Positions 45,646-54,900 of a stretch of 64,000 nt of DNA are shown here, one piece after another. The position numbers were made by a program, and so were the translations under genes. The notes under the pieces were generated by a model. The model searched no databases. It worked only from the letters and a program-made list of their open reading frames with translations, and was not told the DNA's origin. Each line of letters starts with the position of its first letter. The first letter of the stretch is position 1. Source of the DNA: a virus (Duplodnaviria; Caudoviricetes); IMG/VR virus record IMGVR_UViG_3300011115_000233, positions 462 through 64,461 of that record; one strand, 5' to 3'.

Positions 45646-47196
45646 GTGCAAATTATAGATAACAAAGCGCTGGTCGTAGAGACCAGCAACCCAAGCCTAA
45701 TTACCCAGAGCATCCAGAAAAGCACGATAATCGGGGAAAACCAAGTGGCCGTCAGGTGGGGGCTGCAAGAAGTGCAGACCCTTGCTAACCTAGGTTACAA
45801 GGACGCCCCGTCGCCTATCAAGCGTGACTATAAGTGGACCGGCAAGCATACGCCGTTCGCGCACCAAGAGACCACCTCATCCTTCCTTACAGCTAACAAG
45901 CGGGCCTTCTGCTTCAACGAGCAGGGTACGGGTAAGACGGCCTCAGTCATCTGGGCAGCGGACTATCTGATGAAGCTGGGTAAGATTAAGCGCGTCCTCG
46001 TGCTATGCCCTCTGTCGATCATGAAGTCCGCATGGCAGCGCGACCTGTTTACTTTCGCCATGCACCGCTCATGCAGTGTGGCTCATGGGGATGCCAAGGC
46101 CCGCAAGAAGATCATTGAGGCCGGTTCCGACTTCGTCATCCTAAACTTTGATGGTCTAGCTATCGTAGAGGATGTGATCCGTGACGGCGACTTTGACCTG
46201 ATCGTAGTGGATGAGGCTAACGCCTACAAGAACGCACAGACCAATCGCTGGAAGGTGCTGGCTCGTATGGTGAAGGACCTTGACCCTTACCTGTGGATGC
46301 TAACGGGTACACCCGCAGCACAAAGTCCTGTAGATGCCTTTGGTCTGGCAAAGCTGGTTAATCCCAACAACTGCCCAAGCTACTACGGCCTGTTCCGCGA
46401 TCAAGTCATGTTTAAGGTGACCCAGTTCAAATGGGCACCGAAGCCCAATTCAGATCGTGTCGTCCACCGTGTGTTGCAACCTGCTATCCGGTTTGAGAAG
46501 AAGGACTGCCTTGATCTACCGGAGGTCACGTTCACTGAGCGCGAGGCACCGCTTACAGCGCAGCAGAATAAGTACTACCTGCAACTTAAGAATGAGATGC
46601 TGATTGAGGCAGGCGGCGAAGAGATTAGTGCCGTCAATGCAGCAGTCAAGATCAATAAGCTGCTCCAGATCAGCGGAGGTGCGGTCTATTCAGATACTGG
46701 AGAAGTCATTGAGTTTGATGTCTCCAACCGCCTGAACGTGGTGCTGGAGGTCATTGAGGAGGCTGCAAACAAGGTGCTGGTCTTCGTGCCCTTCACGCAC
46801 ACCATCGAACTGTTGCGCGCCAAGATAGAGAAGGCTGGTGTCACCTGCGATGTCATCAATGGTAAGGTGCCACTGAATAAGCGGTCTGAGATCGTCGATA
46901 ACTTCCAGACTCGCAAAGACCCGCATGTGCTTATCATCCAGCCACAGGCTGCATCGCACGGGCTTACGCTTACGGCAGCAGATACAATCATCTGGTACGC
47001 CCCGGTAACGAGTGTTGAGACCTACCTACAAGCCAACGCCCGTATCAACCGTCCGGGCCAGAAAAATGCAATGACCATCGTGCACATCCGTGGCAGCGAA
47101 GTGGAGGACCGCCTGTTCTCCATGCTGCGGGGCAACATAAAAAACCACGAAAAGATTATTGATCTGTACCGGCAGATGATGATTGATGCTGCTTGA
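45646..47196 (+). CDS. SNF2-family (SF2) helicase
   Basis: EQGTGKT, VVDEA, LTGTP, HGLTLTAA, QANARINRPGQ. Confidence 0.9.
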   Translation: MQIIDNKALVVETSNPSLITQSIQKSTIIGENQVAVRWGLQEVQTLANLGYKDAPSPIKRDYKWTGKHTPFAHQETTSSFLTANKRAFCFNEQGTGKTASVIWAADYLMKLGKIKRVLVLCPLSIMKSAWQRDLFTFAMHRSCSVAHGDAKARKKIIEAGSDFVILNFDGLAIVEDVIRDGDFDLIVVDEANAYKNAQTNRWKVLARMVKDLDPYLWMLTGTPAAQSPVDAFGLAKLVNPNNCPSYYGLFRDQVMFKVTQFKWAPKPNSDRVVHRVLQPAIRFEKKDCLDLPEVTFTEREAPLTAQQNKYYLQLKNEMLIEAGGEEISAVNAAVKINKLLQISGGAVYSDTGEVIEFDVSNRLNVVLEVIEEAANKVLVFVPFTHTIELLRAKIEKAGVTCDVINGKVPLNKRSEIVDNFQTRKDPHVLIIQPQAASHGLTLTAADTIIWYAPVTSVETYLQANARINRPGQKNAMTIVHIRGSEVEDRLFSMLRGNIKNHEKIIDLYRQMMIDAA

Positions 47197-47220
47197 CATT
47201 GTCAAATAGCATTGTAAGAA
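47193..47220 (+). promoter_or_regulatory. Promoter whose -35 lies within the palindrome TTGACATTGTCAA
   Basis: TTGACA-N16-TAAGAA upstream of the SSB-like cluster. Confidence 0.5.
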
Positions 47221-47246
47221 TACCGGTGTCTAATAAGGAGCAACCT

Positions 47247-47651
47247 ATGATTACAGACAAATCCGTTGAGGATATGGTGGCTGCGTATCGCAAGATACGT
47301 GATGCTATATCGGAGAAAGAAGAGGCCCACAAAGCAGACGTATCTGGACTGCGTGAGCAACTCGATGTTGTCAGCGATGCACTGCTGGGGATTTGTAATT
47401 CCCTCCAAGCTGACAGCCTACGCACAGCGGCGGGTACAGTTAGCCGCCGTGTTACTACCCGTTATTGGACCACTGACTGGGAGAGGATGTATGAGTTCAT
47501 TCGTGAGAATGACGTACCGTTTCTCCTTGAGCAGCGCATCCATAACGGTAATATGAAGCAGTTTCTGGACGATAACCCAGAGATGCTTCCGGTCGGTCTT
47601 CAAGCTGATCGCAAGTTCGTCGTCCAAGTCCGTAAACCAACAGCAAAGTAA
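47247..47651 (+). CDS. Conserved replication-module protein
   Basis: Start MITDKS; RBS AAGGAGCAA; Y.KIRD, YWTTDW, LLEQRI. Confidence 0.65.
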   Translation: MITDKSVEDMVAAYRKIRDAISEKEEAHKADVSGLREQLDVVSDALLGICNSLQADSLRTAAGTVSRRVTTRYWTTDWERMYEFIRENDVPFLLEQRIHNGNMKQFLDDNPEMLPVGLQADRKFVVQVRKPTAK

Positions 47652-47663
47652 GGGGATATACCC

Positions 47664-48563
47664 ATGTCAAACGAAGTTTCTATCTTTAAGCAGTCCGGTG
47701 CCGTCTCGACGGCGGGTAAACGTGAACTCAGCGAACTCGCTAAGTCACTCGCATCTAGTGGCACCACTTCCCGCCGTATCCAGACCAACACCAATGGCAC
47801 GTTCAAGCGTCTCATCAACGGTGAGCAGGTCGGCAATGCCGTCCGTGGTGACATCAACGTCATCATCATTCACGCGCTGCCCAAGGTAAGCCGTGTGTTC
47901 TACGCTGGGGCTTATGACCCTAATGCAAAGCCCACCCTGCCCGATTGCTGGTCCAACGGCGGTGATAAACCCGAAGCATCTGCGGGCAACAAGCAATCCT
48001 CTAGCTGCGCAACATGCGAGATGAACGTAGTAGGCTCGGGCCAGAATGGTAAGGGTCGCGCTTGCCGCTTCCAGCGCCGCATCGCAGTTATGCTCGAAGG
48101 CGATATGACTGGTGAAGTCTACCAGTTCAACGTGCCAGCTAAGTCGCTGTTCGGTAAGGGCACTGGCAACGTGCACCCATTCGAAAGCTATGTGAAGTAC
48201 CTGCTCGGACATCACGAAAGCCCAGATACGGTGGTCACCAACATCAGCTACGACTTGAACGCTGACTCTATGGAACTTCTCTTCACGCCTATCCGTGGTC
48301 TGAACGACGATGAGTATGCTCTCGTGAAGGAAGCGCAGAAGGACCCAGCTACAAAGCGTCTGTGCGAACTGACCGTAGCCGCACAGGATGGGGCCAAGAA
48401 GCAGCAGGCGGCACCTGCCCCTGCCCCGCAGGTCACTCGTTCGGATGAACCCGACGAAGAGATCGAAGAACCCAAAAAGCGTGTTGCACCTAAGGCCGAA
48501 ACTGTGGCACCTTCGGCAAGCCTCGCGTCTGTTATCAGCGCATGGGGCGATGGGGACGACTAA
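47664..48563 (+). CDS. Putative single-stranded DNA-binding protein
   Basis: PDCWS..G..P, C..C, GRACRFQRRIAV, acidic C-terminus; sits between helicase and primase. Confidence 0.6.
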   Translation: MSNEVSIFKQSGAVSTAGKRELSELAKSLASSGTTSRRIQTNTNGTFKRLINGEQVGNAVRGDINVIIIHALPKVSRVFYAGAYDPNAKPTLPDCWSNGGDKPEASAGNKQSSSCATCEMNVVGSGQNGKGRACRFQRRIAVMLEGDMTGEVYQFNVPAKSLFGKGTGNVHPFESYVKYLLGHHESPDTVVTNISYDLNADSMELLFTPIRGLNDDEYALVKEAQKDPATKRLCELTVAAQDGAKKQQAAPAPAPQVTRSDEPDEEIEEPKKRVAPKAETVAPSASLASVISAWGDGDD

Positions 48564-48796
48564 TGAGTTACGGCTACAGCGTTAAGCTGGTAGAAGCCAA
48601 TCAACAGGCTGACGAGGCGCACTTGGGGGTGCAGCTAGGGAGGAAGTGCATTGAGCATGGTATCCCTGTGAGCAAAGCTGCCGATGACCTCGGTGCTACT
48701 CGTCAGACTGTATACAACTGGTTCTGTGGGGGTAGCATCCCACAGGGCGAGTTCGTTGGGCTGATCCATAATTACATCGCTCAACTGCCTAATTGA
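48563..48796 (+). CDS. Cro/XRE-like HTH protein
   Basis: IPVSKAADDLGATRQTVYNWFCG. Confidence 0.75.
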   Translation: MSYGYSVKLVEANQQADEAHLGVQLGRKCIEHGIPVSKAADDLGATRQTVYNWFCGGSIPQGEFVGLIHNYIAQLPN

Positions 48797-48851
48797 GCCT
48801 CCCAAGATGTAAGTTAATGGGCGGGTAAACCCCGCAACAGAGAGTGATGCC

Positions 48852-51704
48852 ATGGAGAACTTCGACCTATTATCCACTGTACAGCCACCTGATGGGTGGT
48901 TCGCAATCGTGGGTATCAAGGATGATATCGTAAAACAGACACTGGTTCAGACCCGCGAGGAAGCCGACCGTGTTGTAACCCAGTATCTAGCCCAAGAGCG
49001 TAACGTGTTCTTCGGGGTGGCTAAGTATAAGACCGATGCCGGTCGCACCAAGGATAACGTCCAGTCGCTTCGCGCCTTATGGCTCGACATTGATTGTGGT
49101 GAAGCCAAGGCTAAGCCGAATGAGAAGACCGGACGCCCAGATGGCTATGCCACGCAGCGTGATGGTGCCGTTGCACTGCTTGAGTTCCGCAACCTTGTCG
49201 GTCTACCCAAGCCTATCATCGTAAGTTCAGGACGCGGCATACACGCATACTGGGCGCTTGATCGGGACGTAACCCGTGAAGAGTGGGAGCCTGCATCCGA
49301 GCGGCTACGTGACCTGTGCTATACCCATAACTTCTACGTGGACCCAGCCGTATTTGATGCGGCGCGCATCCTGCGTGTGCCCGGCACTTTGAACTTTAAG
49401 GATGATCCTCCTAAGCCAGTAGAGGTAGCCCGACCCGCTGACCCAGTTAACTTCGAAGAGATCGTCAAGATTTTGGGTGTCAAACAGACGGCACCTAAGG
49501 AGAAGTGGGAGCCGACAGAACTTGGTAAGGCTATGATGGCCAGCACCCAGTTCAACTTCAGCAAGATCATGCAGCGCAGCGCCAAGGGCGATGGCTGTAA
49601 CCAGCTTCTTCATGCCTATACCAACCGAGCCACGCTGGACTATTACGACTGGTTCCACGCTATCTCGGTCGCCGCCATGTGCGAAGATGCGGACAAAGCG
49701 GTGCATATGATGTCCGATGGACACGCAGGATATGACCGTGACACAGTGGATGCCAAGGTAGCCACCATCAGGGGCGCAACTAGCTGCGCCAAGTTCGAGG
49801 GTAAAAACCCACCCTTGTGCCAAGGCTGTAAGTGGAAAGGGCAGATACTAGGCCCGAAATACCTAGGGAAAATTGTTAAGGAAGCGTCCTCCGAACTCGT
49901 TGATGTCATTCTAGATACGCCAGAAGGACCAAGGTCGGAGACGCTCACGATACCACAATACCCATTCCCTTATTTTCGCGGTGAGGGTGGGGGTATCTGG
50001 CGCAAAGGCGTAAAGGGGGAGGACGGTACTGAGGCAGACCCTACCCTCGTGTACCCTTATGATTTTTATGCTCTCAAACGTATGAAGGACGCGAAAAATG
50101 GTGAAATCATCGTCTTCCGTCGCCATCTACCACAGGATGGTGTGGAAGACTTCTTGGTGCCTCTCAATGAGGTAACGTCCAAAGACATGCTTCGTAAGGC
50201 TATCTCTACCTACAGCATCGTTGCTGCGGGTAAGACCTTCGACGTGCTGATGGACTACACCCTCAAATCAGTAATCAAAATGCAAGACAAAAGGAAAATG
50301 GAAATAATGCGTAACCAATTCGGATGGGCTGACAATCACAGCAAGTTTATCATCGGAGATCAGGAGATCAGCAAGGACGGGGTGCTCTATAGTCCTCCGT
50401 CGAACATCACGGCCAACATGGCAAAGCAGATGGGTCCTGTAGGCTCACTGGATAAGTGGAAGGAAGTCTGGGCACTCTATGGGCGTCCGGGCATGGAAGG
50501 CCACGCATTCGCCGCCTTGAGCGCATTTGGTGCGCCTCTGCTTCGTTTCCTGCGTCAGACAGGTGCAGCTATTAACCTTGTTAGCCCTGAGAGCGGCACG
50601 GGTAAGACCACCGCCCTGCGTATGGCCATGAGCGTATACGGACACCCCACGGAACTCATCGCCAAGAAGGCGGACACTCTGAACGCTAAGATGCAGTGGC
50701 TAGCCATCATGCGTAACCTGCCGTTCTGTGTGGACGAAATCACCAACATGCCAGCGGAAGAGTTCTCCGAACTGGTCTACGGTATGTCCCAAGGTAAGGG
50801 CAAAGAGCGCATGACAGCGGGGGGCAATGAACTCCGCATCAACGACACGACATGGCAGACAATCTCGCTCTGCTCGTCCAACGCTTCCTTCTACGAGAAG
50901 CTGACCACCTTGAAAGGCTCACCGGATGGGGAAATGATGCGTCTCATCGAGTACCGTATTCGCCCCACGGATGCGATCCCGACGGATGTTGGCAAGGCTA
51001 TGTTCGACCAGCAGCTTATGGAGAACTACGGCCACGCAGGTCCTATCTTCATCAAGTACGTACTGGAGAACTTGGAAGAGATTGAGGAAGCCTGCATGAC
51101 GCTCCAAGCCCGTCTGGACCGTGAGTTGCAGTTGACGCAGCGTGAGCGCTTCTGGTCTGCGGGTGTGGCGGCTAACCTCACTGCTGGCTTCGTGGCCAAG
51201 ATGCTCGGCCTTATCGACTGGGATATGAACCGCCTCTACCAGTGGGCTTGCAGCATGGTTGTCGGTCTGCGTGAGGAAATCGAAGCGCCAGCCACCAACA
51301 CGGCCCAGATCATCGGTGACTTCATCAACCGCTACATGCAGAACATCCTCGTCGTTGACGACGTAGTGGACCAGCGGAGCAACATGCAGACCATCCCGCG
51401 TATGGAGCCACGTGGGGAACTGGTGATCCGCTACGAGCCAGACACCAAGCTGATGTTCATCGCAGCCAAGAAGTTCAAGGAATACTGCGTTACCTACCAG
51501 ATCAACTACAAGGAAACGCTAAAGAAGCTAAAGAACGAAGGCGTCTTCCTGCGCTCTGACGTCAAGCGTATGACCAAGGGCATGAAGATCACTACCACTG
51601 GTGTGCAGGCGCTCATCTTCGATACGTCCATCGGTGGCTTCCTCGACATAGCCAACATCATCCCAGAAAAATCCGAGACAACTGATGTTGGTGGAGGGAG
51701 TTAG
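48852..51704 (+). CDS. Primase-helicase (AEP/RepB-like primase, DUF927, P-loop)
   Basis: WLDID, SSGRGIHAYW, RILRVPGTLN, C..C Zn site, SGTGKTT Walker A, VDEIT Walker B. Confidence 0.88.
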   Translation: MENFDLLSTVQPPDGWFAIVGIKDDIVKQTLVQTREEADRVVTQYLAQERNVFFGVAKYKTDAGRTKDNVQSLRALWLDIDCGEAKAKPNEKTGRPDGYATQRDGAVALLEFRNLVGLPKPIIVSSGRGIHAYWALDRDVTREEWEPASERLRDLCYTHNFYVDPAVFDAARILRVPGTLNFKDDPPKPVEVARPADPVNFEEIVKILGVKQTAPKEKWEPTELGKAMMASTQFNFSKIMQRSAKGDGCNQLLHAYTNRATLDYYDWFHAISVAAMCEDADKAVHMMSDGHAGYDRDTVDAKVATIRGATSCAKFEGKNPPLCQGCKWKGQILGPKYLGKIVKEASSELVDVILDTPEGPRSETLTIPQYPFPYFRGEGGGIWRKGVKGEDGTEADPTLVYPYDFYALKRMKDAKNGEIIVFRRHLPQDGVEDFLVPLNEVTSKDMLRKAISTYSIVAAGKTFDVLMDYTLKSVIKMQDKRKMEIMRNQFGWADNHSKFIIGDQEISKDGVLYSPPSNITANMAKQMGPVGSLDKWKEVWALYGRPGMEGHAFAALSAFGAPLLRFLRQTGAAINLVSPESGTGKTTALRMAMSVYGHPTELIAKKADTLNAKMQWLAIMRNLPFCVDEITNMPAEEFSELVYGMSQGKGKERMTAGGNELRINDTTWQTISLCSSNASFYEKLTTLKGSPDGEMMRLIEYRIRPTDAIPTDVGKAMFDQQLMENYGHAGPIFIKYVLENLEEIEEACMTLQARLDRELQLTQRERFWSAGVAANLTAGFVAKMLGLIDWDMNRLYQWACSMVVGLREEIEAPATNTAQIIGDFINRYMQNILVVDDVVDQRSNMQTIPRMEPRGELVIRYEPDTKLMFIAAKKFKEYCVTYQINYKETLKKLKNEGVFLRSDVKRMTKGMKITTTGVQALIFDTSIGGFLDIANIIPEKSETTDVGGGS

Positions 51705-51879
51705 TTATAACGTAAACTGGAAAACATTCAGGCGGGGGACGTCCATCTTCGTCCCCTGCTTGGACCCTAGACGCGCCAAGGCACAAGTCCTTGTGGTCAC
51801 CAACCGCCTCCGCATCAAGATATTGACAAAAGTTGTCATCGAGGATGGGATTAGGGGTTTACGTATTTGGTCAATATGA
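51685..51879 (+). CDS. Small hypothetical protein
   Basis: 64 aa; W..F..GTSIFVPC...GIRGLRIW; last gene of the replication operon. Confidence 0.65.
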   Translation: MLVEGVSYNVNWKTFRRGTSIFVPCLDPRRAKAQVLVVTNRLRIKILTKVVIEDGIRGLRIWSI

Positions 51880-51887
51880 TACTAATT

Positions 51888-51957
51888 GGAACGGAAGTTT
51901 GCTCCTTCCGGTTAGGCATCACTCGGCCCCCACCTCTCCGGTGGGGGCCTTTTTCTT
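51888..51957 (+). ncRNA. Putative anti-RBS small RNA
   Basis: Upstream TTTACG-N16-TACTAA with extended TG; hairpin CGGAAG-TTTGCTC-CTTCCG; terminator; seed complementary to the AAGGAGCAA RBS motif. Confidence 0.55.
51925..51957 (+). terminator. Rho-independent terminator
   Basis: GGCCCCCACC-TCTCC-GGTGGGGGCC followed by TTTTTCTTTT. Confidence 0.88.
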
Positions 51958-54900
51958 TTAGCGGTTGTCTTCTAACATCCCACGGACATACGGCGCGTAT
52001 TTATCCGGCACCCGCAGCCCCTGCATAGACCCAGCGCGGTCTTCTGCACGAGTCTTAAGGCTATCACCGACGTTCTCAAACTCAATCGTATGAATGTAAC
52101 CCGTCTGTTTGTGCCATTTATCAATATCACGCCAAATGGCATTGACCTTATCTTGGGCCTGCTCACCAGTGGTGCGGCCAAGGTCGATATCCCGATACGC
52201 CTTATCCAGCTTGTCGAGGTAGTCAGATCGTTCCTTTTCGATCTGTGTGACCACTTTCTTAGCAATGAGGTTGCTCTTCTGCATATCAGCCACGTCGGTA
52301 CGGCCAAAACCAGCAGCCTGACCGACAAGCAGACCCCATGTATACTCCTCCACTGGGGCGACAACATCCTGTGTGGTCGGCGTGACATAACCCTCGGACC
52401 CTAAACGCTTCGCTATAAGTACGTTGCGGAATGGAGCAGGGGTAATGTTCTCAGCAGCCCGCTGCCACTCACCATCGCGCATATATTGCCCACCGCGCAC
52501 TAAGTTTCGAACCACTGAACCGGTCGCACCGAGAGACATCGTGTACCACAACGACCGCAGAGCTTCCTCATCGGTATCCACTGGTGTGTCGTCGCGGAAG
52601 AACAGCCCATCAAGACCGACCGATGATCCGAAGTTCAACCCCGTAGCAGAAGAAATCGGACCCATCTTAACCGCACGAGTAAGTTCTTGTGCCTGTTCCT
52701 TGTCGAGACCCAAATCATTTGCGAGGTCGCTATCGGGACCAAAGTATTCTGGCAGGAACTTCTCACGGAACCATAGGTCGAGATTGCGTGAGTTCAGTGG
52801 GTTGTATTCGTCATCGTCGTCATCATCACCGAGGCCAGCCGCTGCAAGAAGCGACGTCATAAGCCCCATCATGAAGCTATAACCGGGCATACCTACAGCA
52901 CCAGCGAACATCCATGTCATACCGAGAGTGCCGAACAACTGCTTAGCTGCGACCTTGCGCTCTGGGTTTGGCATTAGCGATATAGTGCCCAGTGCAGTGC
53001 GGGTAAGCATCGACGTTATCTGGATCGGGAAAGACCAGAACTGAAGTGCAACACGACCAATCGGCCCCTTCATCGCACGTGGCTTACTGCTCTCAGCGTA
53101 GTCAAACATTACTTCAAGCGTCAGGTCAGCGGCGGTATCCGCAGCAATTGCCATAGCCGTTTTGGGGTCCATGCCACTCTTACGACGCTTAGCGTAGTCC
53201 AACTCAAATGCCGACATGTACGCAATTTCACGCGCAATGCGCTCCGCATGGTGGATACCGCCAGTGAAGAAGTCAAAGCCCCACTTAGCCATTCTCTGTG
53301 GGCGGGTCTTATACTTATCGCTAGGCCCTGACTTACGGTCCACCATCTCACCAGCATAGGTCGTGCCAAGGATGCCGCGCTCTTCAGCATCTTTCCAAGC
53401 GTACTGCAACGCGTCACGCATCTCGGGGTCTTTGTTCTCATTGATGTACTTACTGTCGCCCATGGTGGGCTGACCCCAGTTAGTGACGACATTCCCACCT
53501 TCATCGACCTTAGTGGTACCGAACTTATTACCAATGGTAGCCATATATCGAGCAGCCACAGCCGCTGTTTGAGGATACCCGTAACGTGCGCCTAAGGCGG
53601 GTAATGCAATGGTCGGAAGCTGGAAGAACTGCACCATGGCTGATTTGAGGGATGTCAGCAGGTAGAAGAACGTCGCCTTGTTTGCCAAGCGTGCCATCGT
53701 GTCCAGCTTACCAGTATTTGGGTTGAAAGTTTCAGCTACGCGGATAGCCATCTCATCAACATATGGCTGAAGCTGGTCACGATTCGGGTTCTTAGACATG
53801 AGGCCATACGCCTCACCAATGGTCCGACGGATATCTGAAGCATACTTTAAGTGCGTCAGACGGTTAATTGTGGACGTTTGGGTATCTACGTACGCACGTA
53901 GCGTATCCGCCGAATAGCCGGAAATATTTTGACGGTGTTGCCAATTCTCAAGGTTAGAACCCTTGGGAAGTGATGCGACATAAAGCTGAAAGACCATATC
54001 CTTGACCATCTTAGCATCAGCCATGCCGCCCTTATCAATCTCTATAAGTACGTTCTTCAGAACGGCAGAAGGCTCCGAACGCATGAAGTCAGCTTCCAAC
54101 CCTTCAATATCTTCGCCGTAGCTAAAGACACTATCATCTGCCCTAATCTCTTCAGCGCTGCGCTTGTCGCCACGCCGCTGTAGCTCCCTGATCCCGTCCT
54201 TAATAAGCTGTTGATAAGCAGCCCCATTTTCAACGCGCTTAACGTCACGGTTCTTACCCTTACCGATACGCACCCAATAGTTACCGGCACGGAATAGCGG
54301 GGCATACGGAGCATTCTTTTTAGCTGCGTCGTACCTTTTTTTGAGTTCATCGACAGCTTGCTTGATGCGATCCGCAGGCAAACCAGAGCTAGTAATGGTA
54401 GCCACCGTAGCGTTATACTCATTCTCGAACGAACGCTCGTAACCGCCCATCACCATTTCGTATAGGCGCTGGCCCTCACCGTTACCCATCTCAGGGGTAC
54501 CGAGTTTTTCGTACCTATCGTAAACACGCTTGATTGTAGCTTTACGGTTGTTAATCCTCTCGTCGGACGCACCTTCCTTGATTAAGTCAATAAGCTTAGG
54601 GTCAGCAGCCATTGCGGCTGCGAGTGATGGATGGCGTGGGTCCACCGAGTTTTCGGTAGAACTATTAATCAAATCAGCTAGTAGGTTGCCACCGTCCTTA
54701 AACTTAGCGTTAAACTTGGTGTAGCGCAGGTGGTTATAAGTTAGGTCCTTAAGCATCTTATTACGGAAGCCATCCATCCGGTTCAGAAGCTCGTTTATAT
54801 GGCTCAGCTTACGCGCAACAGGCGGCGACAGCTTGCTAACCATACGGATAAGGTCCCTACTGTAAGTAAGGTATCCCAGAATGAACCGACGCGATTTGTC

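Noticed and set aside
27556-51107. Minus-strand ORFs across the early/replication region (e.g. 27556..28248, 29334..29891, 33456..34013)
   Set aside because: Antisense to coherent plus-strand genes with strong RBSs.
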